Source: Chiloscyllium plagiosum (Eukaryota). Taken from it: 64,000 bases of DNA. The notes beneath the pieces were generated by a model that made no database searches, was not told the origin of the DNA, and was given only the letters and a program-made list of their open reading frames with translations. How positions within the stretch are numbered: the first letter of the stretch is position 1; every line of letters begins with the position of its first letter. A program made the position numbers and the translations under genes. The DNA lies in assembly GCF_004010195.1 (NCBI RefSeq), contig NC_057718.1, positions 70,515,025 through 70,579,024 on the forward strand, in the 5' to 3' direction. Positions 1-10,899 of the stretch are shown here, in pieces.

Positions 1-527
1 TTAGCATACAAATGAAAAAATCAACCGAGGCTGTAATCACGTAGAATGTGTGCAGGGATGGTGCTTAAGGAAATAATTGGAGCAAAGACTCATCATGCAA
101 GATTTAGTGAGAATCTCAAGATATTTGAGAATATCAAGGGCAAGAGAATAACCAGGGAAAGAATTGAGCAAATTAGCTGTCCTCCGGTCCTCTGTCTGAT
201 GTGGTTTCATTTACTTTTTAATAAAAGGATGGTAGAGAATCCAAGGAAATAAAAGGCAGCAAGTCTCTCGTTAGTGATAGGAAAGCTGTTGGGGGAAAAA
301 AGAATTCTGAAAGAGAATTGAATTTCTAACTTAGAAATGCTAGATGTACAGCACAGAAACTGACCCTTCAGTCCACCTCATCCATGCTGACTGCGTATCC
401 TAATCTATTCTAGTCCTATTTGCCAGCACTTGGCCCATATATCCCTCCAAACCCTTCCTATTCATATACCTATCCAGATGCCTTTTTAAATATTGCCATT
501 GTACTAGCCTCCACTAAATCCTCTGGG

Positions 528-746
528 ATTCTGGATCAGTGGTGCTGGAAGAGCACAGCAATTCAGGCAGCATTCGAGGACAGGCAAAATTGACGTTTTG
601 GGCAAAAGTCCTTTTTATTCCTGATGAAGGGCTTTTGCCCGAAACGTCGATTTTTGCCTGTCCTCGGATGCTGCCTGAATTGCTGTGCTCTTCCAGCACC
701 ACTGATCCAGAATCTGGTTTCCAGCATCTGCAGTCATTGTTTTTAC
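528..746. mobile_element. Short Penelope-like terminal-repeat insertion; fold-back structure with hammerhead core and 14-bp TSD
   Basis: 527-612 is the reverse complement of ~628-714. Flanked by ctaaatcctctggg (514-527) and ctaaatccactggg (747-760). Same sequence as the tail of the GIY-YIG element at 2010-2105. Confidence 0.85.
621..648 (+). ncRNA. Minimal type I hammerhead ribozyme core (PLE-associated)
   Basis: CTGATGA-A-GGGC-TTTT-GCCC-GAAACGTC: both conserved boxes, stem II, ACGU palindrome in place of stem III, GUC cleavage triplet. Stem I is weak (2-3 bp). Confidence 0.7.
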
Positions 747-1236
747 CTAAATCCACTGGGAGCTCATTCCATACACGCACCACCCTCTGTGTGAAAAAGT
801 TGCCCTTATCTAAATTAAACTCCATCTGCCACTCCTCAGCCCATTGGCCTAGCTGATCAAATCCCGATGTACTCGGGTATCCTTCGCTGTCCACTACACT
901 TCCAATTTTGGTGTCATCTGCAAATTAACTAACATTTCCTCCTATGTTCACGCCCAAATCACACTCACTGATCCTTGTGGCACACCACTGGTCACAGACC
1001 TCCAGTCTGAAAAGCAATCTTCCATCACTATGCTGTCTTCTATCTTTTTTGAGCTAGTTCTGTATCCAAATGGTTAGTTCTCCCTGTATGCCATGAAATC
1101 TAACCTTGCTAACCAGTCTCCCATGAGGAACTTTGTCGGACACCTTACTGAAGTCCATATAGATGACGTCCATCGCTCTACCTTCATCAATCCTCTTTGT
1201 TACTTCGAAAAGCTCAAGCAAGTTTGATACATGAAT

Positions 1237-2105
1237 ATGGAAAGTAATGGGTGGGTGTCCTGGAGATGTTCCCTAAAGCGCTCCACCACCAGGGATATAT
1301 TTCCCTCCCCACCCCTTTCTGCCTTCTGCAAAGACCGTTCCCTCCGTGACTACCTGGTCAGGTTCACGCCCCCCCGCCCCCAAAACCCACCCTCCCATCC
1401 TGGCACCTTGCCCTTCCACCGCAGGAACTGCAAAACCTGTGCCCACACCTCCTCCCTCGCCTCCATCCAAGGCCTTAAAGGAGCCTTCCACATCCATCAG
1501 TTTTACCTGCACATCCACTAATATCACTTATTGTATCCGTTGCTCCCGATGTGGTCTCTACGTTGGGGAGACTGGAGACCTCCTGTCAGAGCGCTTTTGG
1601 GAACGTCTCCGGGACACCCGCACCAATCAACCACACCGCCCTGTGGCCCAACATTTCAACTCCCCCTCCCACCCTGCCGAGGATATGGAGGTCCTGGGCC
1701 TCCTTCACTGCTGCTCCGTTACCACCAGACACCTGGAGGAAGAACGCCTCATCTTCCGCCTCGGAACACTTCAACCCCAGGGCATCAATGTGGACTTCAA
1801 CAGTTTCCTCATTTTCCCCTTCCCCCACCTCACCCTAGTTCTAAACTTCCAGCTCAGCACTGACCTACCTGCCACCTATCTTTTCCACCTATCCCCTCCA
1901 CCCTCCCCCGACCTATCACCTTCATCCCCTCCCCCAATCACCTATTGTACTCTATGCTACTTTCTCCACCCCCACCCTCTAGCTTATCTCTCCACGCTTC
2001 AGGCTCTCTGCCTTTATTCCTGATGAAGGGCTTTTGCCTGAAACGTCGATTTTTACTGCTCCTCGGATGCTGCCTGAACTGCTGTGCTCTTCCAGCACCA
2101 CTAAT
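1237..2105 (+). mobile_element. Penelope-like element 3' portion: GIY-YIG endonuclease plus terminal repeat, with short inverted 5' piece
   Basis: ORF 1346-2023 contains FTCTSTNITYCIRCSRCGLYVGETG...VAQHFNSPSH...EERLIFRLGTLQPQGINVDF; upstream CKTC Zn-knuckle suggests a Neptune-like PLE. 1249-1282 is an inverted copy of ~1590-1620. Confidence 0.9.
2020..2047 (+). ncRNA. Minimal hammerhead ribozyme core in PLE terminal repeat
   Basis: CTGATGA-A-GGGC-TTTT-GCCT-GAAACGTC. Confidence 0.65.
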
Positions 2106-2425
2106 CAAGGTATGTAGATAAGGCTAATGCAGTTGATGTGGTTTATATGGATTTCAGGAATGTCTTTGACAACGTTGCACATAAGTGATAGGGTAACTTG
2201 GCAAGTCAGATTCAAATTAGACTTGGGAGACTGGGTGGCAGTGGAAGAGTTTGTGCAGCTGGAGGCCACTGTTATGTGATGTACAGCAGGGATCAATATT
2301 GGGACCTTTTTTTATTGTTTGTGATCTGTATAACTGCTATAGGTGAGAATATTGTTCCCTTCTGAAATTTCAAAGAACAACTGTTTAAACTGAGCAAAGG
2401 GCATTAATTAGCAGGATGACTATTG

Positions 2426-3907
2426 GTAAAGTTAAAAATCTCAACACCAGGTTATAGTCCGACAGGTTTATTTGGGAGTGCTGCTCCTTAAGTAACTGTG
2501 GACCAGGGTCATGAGGCACAGAATTTATAGCACAAGATCAGCATCATGCATGCAACAAATGCAATATATTGAACAAACGTAGATTGCTGTAAAGTCTTTC
2601 ATCTTTAGAATGGGTTGCAGGTTTTGGTTCATTAATGTGTAAATCCCAAACTACTTTCTAATACATTCTCTAACTTAAGGCTTTAGAAAAAAAGTGACAT
2701 CTCAGCTCAGTGCATTAAAGGTGTGAGGTTAGAGTCTGTCTGTATCCCAATTTTGAGTCAGACTGGTTCTAAATCTAAAAGTAGGAATTTATAAAATGTT
2801 ACATTGGTTGACTGCCTGTGGATTGTGCTTTTTGAACAAAATACAATGTATCTGCGAATGTAAATTTACCTGTACACTTTTGTGTAAGCATGTGCCTCTT
2901 GTTGGGGGGGTAGTGACAGAGGGTATGCATGAGTGTATAGTGTAATGGGGTAACCTGTTGTGTGACATGAACCCAAGGTCCTGGTTGAGGCCATCCTCCT
3001 GAGTACTGAACTTGGCTATCAGCCTCTACTCGGCCACTTGGTGGTGGTGTTGTGTATCTTTGAAATCCGCCTTGGAGGATAGTCACTCAGAAATCTGAAG
3101 CCAAATGTCCTTAACTGCTGAAGTATTCCCCAACTATGAGGGAACATCCCTGTCTGATGTATGGATGCTAAGCAGATGCTGTGACAATTTTTGGTCTCAC
3201 CAATGTAACATGACTTGAGGCTTCCTTGCCTGCAGCGTATGAGACAACATTGGCTGAGTCACATGAGTACCTGCTGTTACATGGTGAGTGGTGTCATCAG
3301 GTGTAATGGTAATATCCATGTCATGTCTTGCAGTAGTTGCCCTGAGTGCTGTGTGGAGGTAGTGTTAATGTGACCCTACAGGTGACCCCACTACACTATA
3401 TATGGGGTGAATTTGCAGCATTGTAATTGAAGGTACGTTCTACTGTGCATTTTTGAACAAAATCTGTAGGTAGTCAATCTGTGATTCTATAATTTAAATT
3501 CCTACTTTGGAAATAGAACCAGTCTGACTCAAGATTGGGATACAGACAGACTCTAATCTCTCCTTTTTTTTTAATATATTGAGCTGAGATGTCACTTTTA
3601 TAAAACCTCCAAGTTATTATGTGAATATGATTTGAAAGATGTTCTGGGATTTACTTATTAATGAACTGAAACCTGCAACCCATTCTAAAGACTTAACAGC
3701 AATCTAGGTTTGTTCATTATATCTATTAGTTGCATGCGTGACACTGATCTTTTGCTATAAATTGTCTTACGACCCAATTCCACTCCTTACCTGATGAAGG
3801 AGCAGCACTCCAAAAGCTAGTGCTTCAAAATTAAACATGCTGGACTATAACCTAGTGTTGTGATTTTAACTTTGTCCACGCCAGTCTAATACTTGCTCCT
3901 CCACATC
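2426..3907. mobile_element. Second PLE family; ~1.5 kb inverted (fold-back) insertion with degenerate GIY-YIG on the minus arm
   Basis: ~2426-2870 is the reverse complement of ~3440-3875. Tail ctgatgaaggagcagcactccaaaagctagtg...ggactataacctagtgttgtg is shared with 54070-54195. atgactattg is repeated at 2416-2425 and 3908-3917. Confidence 0.75.
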
Positions 3908-4011
3908 ATGACTATTGTCAAGTCATTGCACTTTGCATTCCATATGGCAATACATGTTTGGTTTTGTTTGCAGAGGGCAGGTCATTGTGTATCAATGTGT
4001 AAGTGAACTAT

Positions 4012-4413
4012 GCTTAATGTGTTGCATTTTGCATTTCTTGCGGTTGCAGGGGAAGGTGGAGGGAGTGGTTTTTCCAGAACGCTGATGGGGGTGGGGAGGG
4101 AAATATATCCTTGGTGGTGGGGTCTGTTTGGAACACTTTAACTCCCACTCCGCCACGGACATGCAGGTCCTTGGCCGCTTCCATCGCCAGACCATGGCAA
4201 CACGACGCCTGGAGGAAGAGCGCCTCACCTTCCGCCTAGGAACCCTCCAATTACAAGGGATGAATGCAGATTTCTCCAGCTTTCTAATTTCCCCTTCCCC
4301 CACCTTTTCTCAGTCCCAACCCTCAGACTCAGCTGCTGCCTGACCCGCTGCGCTTTTCCAGCAACACATTTTTAAGCTCTGATCTCCAGCATCTGCAGTC
4401 CTCACTTTCTCCA
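4012..4413. mobile_element. Truncated PLE with inverted 5' segment and 14-bp TSD
   Basis: Peptide EHFNSHS...RRLEEERLTFRLGTLQLQGMNADF. tgtaagtgaactat at 3998-4011 and 4414-4427. Confidence 0.85.
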
Positions 4414-4702
4414 TGTAAGTGAACTATACCGAACCTGCCTGATTTTGGTTTTACACTTTTTTTGTGAATCCTAGCACTTGCAAGTGTAGATTATTTAAAT
4501 CCTTCACTTAAGTTGTCACGACTAAACAAGAGCCCACCCGCTCAGACATGGTCTTAAAAGAAGAATACACAAGTGTGTGTTGATATTTTTAAACAGGGTT
4601 CATTTAGGTGAGGGTGGATGGTGGTGGTCCTGGCCCAAAACATTGACTTTTCTTGCTTGATGCTGTCTGACCTGTAATCCTCCAGCCTCAAATATTGATT
4701 AT

Positions 4703-4993
4703 ATTAGATTACTTACAGTGTGGAAACGGCCCTTCGGCCCAACAAGTCCACACCGACCCGCCGAAGCGCGACCCACCCATACCCTACATTTACCCCTTTA
4801 ACTTAACACTACGGGCAATTTAGCATGGCCAATTCACCTGACCCGCACATCTTTGGACTGTGGGAGGAAACCGGAGCACCCGGAGGAAACCCACGCGCAG
4901 ACGTGGAGAATGTGCAAACTCCACACAGTCAGTCGCCTGAGTCGGGAATTGAACCCGGGTCTCTGGCGCTGTGAGGCAGCAGTGCTAACCACT
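4703..4993 (-). mobile_element. tRNA-derived V-SINE (HE1-like)
   Basis: On the minus strand: A/B-box-like head (cagtggttagcactgctgcctcacagcgccagagacccgggttcaattcc), V-domain gtgggtttcctccgggtgctccggtttcctcccaca, (taatc)n tail. Confidence 0.85.
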
Positions 4994-7422
4994 GGTTCTG
5001 TATTCAATGAGATATTAGGAGTTTAGTAGTGTTTTCTGAGCTCCATACATTAATGTCCTTTATCATTGCCTGATTATTGTAGTGAAGTTCTTTCATAAGA
5101 ACTAGGAGCAGGTGTAGGCCATCTGGCCCTTCAAGCCTGCTCAGCCACAATCTTATTGAATTGCGGATCATTTTGTGGCCTCAGCTCTGCTAACCCACCC
5201 TCTCACCATAACCCTTAATTGCTTTACTGTTCCTATATTTCAGAATAATGCTTCATCTGACTGCACCTTCACCTTCAATCACCTTCCTAACCCTCTTTAT
5301 TGAGTTAGTGAAGTATATTTTGAAATCTTCTGTGGAATTCAGTCCACTTGGATCTCTCCCTGCCTCCTCAGCCTATCCTTGTTAGATCTTTAATAGGAAT
5401 GCTAGTATGATGTCCATCTCCATTTGTTAACTCTGACTCAGTCTAATGAATTTACCTGAGTGTAGCATTCATTTCTCCAGTTGAACATTGATATTAAATA
5501 TGTTTGTGATGATTTCCCATACCGCTACCGATATGGCCATTTCTGGAGATCTTCCCTTCAAGACTAACCACCTTTGCTGATTCTACCTTCACATGATCAC
5601 ATCAAGACTAAACAAATCCATCCCGTCAGCTTATTCACAAAGATTTGTCTTTTTTCCCGTCCAATTTCTTCTTATCCACTTATACAACATTTTACGATGC
5701 CCTCCTGCATTTTCTGACCCTAACTGTCCCCTTTTTTCCACAAGCAAATATAAATTGGATGATGGTTCTGTGGATTCTGTCCAGTCTGCAAGTGTGACCC
5801 TAAGTTTCCTGTTGCTTCTAATTTTAATGCAATGCTCCCACATTAAACACTCCGCTTCCTACATTCATCCTGTGAAGCTGAGGATGAGCTCCTAATTTCT
5901 TTACAGTATTCTCGGCTCTATATTAAATTTGACAACTTAGACTATCTCTATCATTTCCTTTTTCGAACAGCAACTGTTGATTTTTCTCCTACTGCTGTTT
6001 AAATAGCCTCCAGTTCTTCATTCCTCCTGAATGCTGTCCCTCATTCACTTTCCTTTTTCTTCACACAACCCCCCCCCCCCCCCAAACTCCCAGAGCATTA
6101 GCTTGTATCTAACCTGTTAATCTTGAATTCTTCCATTTTGATGGAAAACCTGGAGAGTCGAGCTTCTGTTTTCCACAGATTTGCTCAATCAGAATTAAAG
6201 CCACTGAATAAGTATTGATTGTTACTTTTGACCTTTTTTAAAATCAATACTGAAACTCCCTCTATACAGTGCAAGTGGACCTCATAGAGGCAAATTTTTA
6301 TTTTTGAAATTCTAGTAGTTTAACTTTTTTTGAGTATCTTGATGAAAACAATTCATAGTGTCACCTTTTGGAATTGAATAAATGCTAACTGAGGTTTTTT
6401 TTGAGGTACAAATGTATTCTGCAGCTAACTTACTAAACAAAACCTGAGCTATTTATATATTGTCCATTACCATTTTCCCACCTCTTTAGAGTGGTCATCT
6501 TGCATTCAACAGGTGTCATTGTCTGGTTGTCATTGTATATTTTTGGCATTGGCAAGTTGTCAAACTACTTTACTGGATTGGCTGCCAGACCTGCTGAGTT
6601 CCTGCACTTTGTTTTGATTTCGATCCCCAGCATCGCAGTACTTTGTTTATGTAACTTGGAGTTTGGCGCAGTGATGCGTATTTTGGGATTTAATTTAATG
6701 CAAGGATGCACAAGTTAAAATCCCATGATATTTTCCACAGTTTGTTTGTTTTTTGCTGAGGTGGAATCCTTTTGAGTCTATTTTGAGCTTTTAGATGGAG
6801 GAAAACGTGATTCAGGACAGATTTTTAAGTTTAGTTCCTTTTGTTCAACTTTTTAAAAAAGTATCGTCATTGCTGCTTTTTATAAAAAAAACCATGACAT
6901 TGCATGTCGTGGATTCCATTTTAATATCTCTGGGCTCCTTTCTGTGATCATATTCAAAATTGATTTAAAGTGAAAGATGCTGTATAGAAAATGGAAGGAA
7001 TATGTTAAATTTACAGAATGGACATTTGACAAACTAGCTTCAATATAAGTAAAAGCAAGAATATCCCCATCTCATGCTTTCTAATAAGCATCTTCGGGTG
7101 AGAGGGACAGAGGAATCTGGGGGAATAAATCACTAAACATAGCACTACAGGGCAATGAAGATAATTTAAAACACAACAGGAGCAGGAGTGAACTACGTGG
7201 AATTTGTCTTTGGTGTCATTCAATAAAATCAGTGACCTCCATCTATTTTCCAGAATTGTTTCCTGACAATCAGCAACAGGACCACTTGCTTAACACTTCA
7301 ATACTGAAAGTGGAAGGAATATGTTCCCTCACAAATACATCCCTCACTGATGTATTTGTGCTAAATCCTGTTGAGCACTGCTTGAAGTGCCTAAAGAATA
7401 ATAAGAGTATGTACTCTGGATA

Positions 7423-7619
7423 GAGTCAGTGGTGCTGGAAAAGCACAGCCAGTCAGGAGAGTTGATGTCTCGAGCATAAGCTCCTGATGAAGAGCTTATG
7501 CTCAAAACATCAACTGTCTTGCTCCTCTGCTGCCTGACTGGCTGGCTGTGTTTTTCCAGCACCACTTTTTTTTTTTACTCTGACTCTGATCGCCAGCATT
7601 TGTAGTCCTCACTTTCTCC
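7423..7619. mobile_element. Short PLE fold-back insertion with decayed hammerhead and 13-bp TSD
   Basis: tgtactctggata at 7410-7422 and 7620-7632; inversion centre immediately 5' of CTGATGA (7484-7490). Confidence 0.8.
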
Positions 7620-8399
7620 TGTACTCTGGATAATCACTTGCAGTGCCTATCACCAAGAGGGACTTGACACTAAACTGGCCATGTCCTGGAGGACATCACT
7701 TGTGGCAGGACTTATCCAGCAGTTATGAGGGAGAACCCACTTGTAACAATTTGTCACAGATATCTGGACATGACGGTATTGATATGTGACCACCGTAAAG
7801 TCCTTGTGAAGTTGTCCTCTCTTTGCACTCTGGGTATAGATCTAACAGCTCAGTATTAGACATCCCAGATCTGTTGTGTGCCGTCACCAGAATTGCGTTA
7901 ATCAATTAGTAATTTCAAGGCCTGGGTATAAGTACCCATTTTAAGTTTTTTTTTGTTAATTTTGAAGTCATGATTTCTAGGACTGGAATTCCAATTTAAG
8001 TTCAGCTCTAAGTAATTTTGATTGTTCTACATTTTGCGTTGAATTGACTCCTGGTCCTGTGACTTTGGCACCATTCTGAATCTGTTGCGAGGATAAGGAT
8101 TTGATCACCGTCAGGTTGATGGTTTTGTTTGAAAGATTTGAGGGAGGGGGTGTTATGGAACTTTTTTTTCAAGAAGATTAAGTGAATCAGCTTTTTGTTT
8201 TGAGGAAGGTGGGGCTTGGGTCACTGAAATCTGCAAGCTGATATTTAAACTTTGGAACTCCAGCTGTGCCCGTGGTGAAACTCCATGTCAGTTGAGGCAA
8301 AGGCCATTTTCAAGTCTTTTGAAGGAGCTGGAGCAGTTGCTACCGTACCATAAACATGTTGGGACTGAAAAATACAGGGTTCTCTCAGAAGTTTAATTC

Positions 8400-8810
8400 T
8401 GCAATGTTCTGATTTTAATTTGGAGCTCCAAGTCTGGCCCTGGTTCAACTCAGCATTAGTTGAAGGCAAGAGCCCTGCAGGAATGCTAATCACTTTGTCA
8501 TTCCAACTGAATATTTTAGGAATGTCCTCCAAAAGGACCCTGAATAGGTTGGATATCTCCACTGACTCTGGGATCAAAATGGGAAAAGCTTTTGTGGAAG
8601 GCACCAAATAGACGACTTCAAGAGCATGCAGAGTCAGTTGTGGTACTGGTGAGAGTACAAACACCTTTCAAGTAACTTGCTTGATTGACCTTCTCAACAT
8701 CTACCTAATATGGTAATCAGCCAATCATGCATTAATTTAGCACCCATCTTGGAATTCATTTAAACTTAATGTGGGAGTAAGTCATCCTTGATCTTTTGAG
8801 GGCAAGAAAC
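8400..8810 (+). mobile_element. Highly decayed RTE-clade LINE 3' end
   Basis: Tail gtgggagtaagtcatccttgatc resembles the RTE tail at 10235-10265; remnant atctccactgactctggg. Confidence 0.4.
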
Positions 8811-9639
8811 TGGTGATTATCTAATTTGAAGTTGTATAATGTTTCTCTTTATATGTAGTATTTTCCAAATATTTTAGCTGGGCATGCACAATATTGTACC
8901 TTTTTGGTGTAATTTTTTTTCCAGTGAGATTACTGAAGGAACCTATTCACTTTAAAGTTGTTTCACTAAACGAAGTGAGAACATAATGTACCATAACCAT
9001 CTTTTTCAGGAATTCACCCCAGATTCAAAAAAGTGCTGGCAAGGCATCCCATAGTTGATTTCCATCTATTCTTCAGCATTTGTTTGACTTAAAAAAAAAA
9101 AAGTAGCAGTTACTTCCCCTGCGGTTTACTAGGGTAATGGTCTAATTTACACTATATTGTTATTAATCTGAGGACCTGAGTTTGAATCCCATCCTTGCAG
9201 ATGGTGGACTTTTAATTTCTGAAATTATTAAATTAGAGTCTAAAGATAACTGTCCAAAATGGTGTTATCCACAGTATGCAGGAGAAATTCAACCTGGTGC
9301 TTTGCTGTCCCATTAGTCTATGTCCAGCAATAAAGCATTGTCAACAGCAAAATTATTAAACCAGAGTTTGGAGACTGTCATGGTCACCTTCCAAACTGTA
9401 TGTTTTAAGATTAGGAAACTTGCGCACTTGTCATTAAAAGAAGGAATTTTGTAAATCAGTTGATTTATCTTAAGGAACAGATTTTGACTGGGACTGTCAA
9501 ATACATTAAGGATATTGAAGTGACTATTGGATAGGCACATGGATGATAGTAATATGTAGGTTAGTTTGACCGTTAGTAGGATAAAAGGTCAAGATAAAGG
9601 CACAACAGAGGGCCAAAGGGCCTGAACTAGGCTGTACTA

Positions 9640-10279
9640 GTCTGAAATCCAAGACCTCCAATCTAACACAAAGCTTACTGTCTACTGAGCAGCTGGGGTC
9701 CCCACTCTCCTGCATGCATCAGAAGCGTACACCATGTCAAATTCCCAGAGGGTTATCACCCAGTGCTGCCTTCATGTTCTGCAACTTCACTGACTGGTTA
9801 GGTGTGACAATGTGAGCATCCTCCCACAGGACAATACTCCTAGTATCAAGTCACATATGTGACCAGCTGCAATTGGTGGGCCACATTGTTTGCATGCCTA
9901 ACACACGCCCCTAACCAAGAGCTGTACTCCAACCTCTATAATGCTAAGCAGTCACTAGGACAGCAGGAGAAACTCTGACACCCTGTGAGCGTCTCTAAAC
10001 AAATGCAACTTTCCCAGTAATGTGTGAATCACTTCTCCTAGAACACGCAAATTGGAGAAGCAGCATCCACTAAGATATCGATCATTTTGTGTGTCACTAA
10101 GTGAAGCATGGGGAGACCTAGCACAAGCAGCAGTGATCAGAATTCAGTGCCCAATCCGTCTGCCTTATCAAACATCACCTATAGCAGGGATCTGCAGCTC
10201 CAGGGTTGGACTATTCAACCACTACAATTCTCCAGTATGGAAGCAAATCAGCCTTGACCATGAGGAACAGCCAAAGAAG
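9640..10279 (+). mobile_element. RTE-clade LINE 3' end
   Basis: Degenerate QLQLVGHIVCMPNTR (cf. QLRWAGHVVRMPD.R) and C-terminal ICSSRVGLFNH zinc-finger remnant. Confidence 0.7.
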
Positions 10280-10899
10280 GTAAGTTTGTTTTAAAAGTTC
10301 CTTCATGGGATGTGGGCAAGGTCAGAATTTTACTGCCTATCCATAACTGTTCTAAGTGTGCTCAATGCTTTTGAGATAAATTTTCTAAGATCTTGACCAG
10401 CAACTGTCCTGTGAAAAAAGTTCTCTCCAATTTTAGCAATAAGGTAGACTTGCAGGAGTGACAAGGCTGTATTTAATTCACGGAAATCCCAGATCCACTG
10501 AACACACTTAAACTTTTAAACCATTGCTTGTACATATTATTCCTTGCATTTGAACAAAAAGGCAGTTGTGTCCAAACACAATCCACACTCTGTAAAATTT
10601 GTCTTAAACTGATAGATGTAACTTGAGGGCAGAAATGAGAAATCCTAAAAATTTTGGAAGCTGATTTTTGAAAAGCCAGATTAAATGGAGTGACAGCAAG
10701 GACCAGTGGACGGTCAGGAGGGTAAATTTAAAAATTATATAAACTTACCCAGCAGTTCTGTGTCTGCTCCTGTTCAGCATATGCTCCAGCTATTAGAGGT
10801 AAGTGAGGTAATATATTTGGGTGGTTGCTTTACCCAAAATGCTATTTAGTTTCTCCCACCCATCCTTCTCCTAACGAAAAGAAAGGGTTGTGTGCACCA

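Larger units (their letters stand above)
335..1230 (-). mobile_element. CR1 LINE 3' fragment, interrupted by a PLE hairpin at 528-746
   Basis: Minus-strand peptides QWAEEWQMEFN and GNFFTQRVVRVWNELP are typical of the CR1 ORF2 C-terminus; same family as 55990-56840. Confidence 0.85.

Noticed and set aside
527..714. miRNA precursor or MITE interpretation of the hairpins
   Set aside because: The arms are PLE terminal-repeat sequence, with an asymmetric 3' tail and ~14-bp TSDs rather than TIRs with short fixed TSDs.
1346..2023. 225-aa ORF as a host gene
   Set aside because: It is the GIY-YIG region of a truncated Penelope-like element, starts at GTG and runs into the terminal repeat.
5230..6190. 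Possible host exon region
   Set aside because: Pyrimidine-rich with stops in all frames; looks like a very old PLE relic, too decayed to annotate with confidence.
8245..8664. 139-aa minus ORF
   Set aside because: No recognisable motif; overlaps a decayed RTE remnant on the opposite strand.
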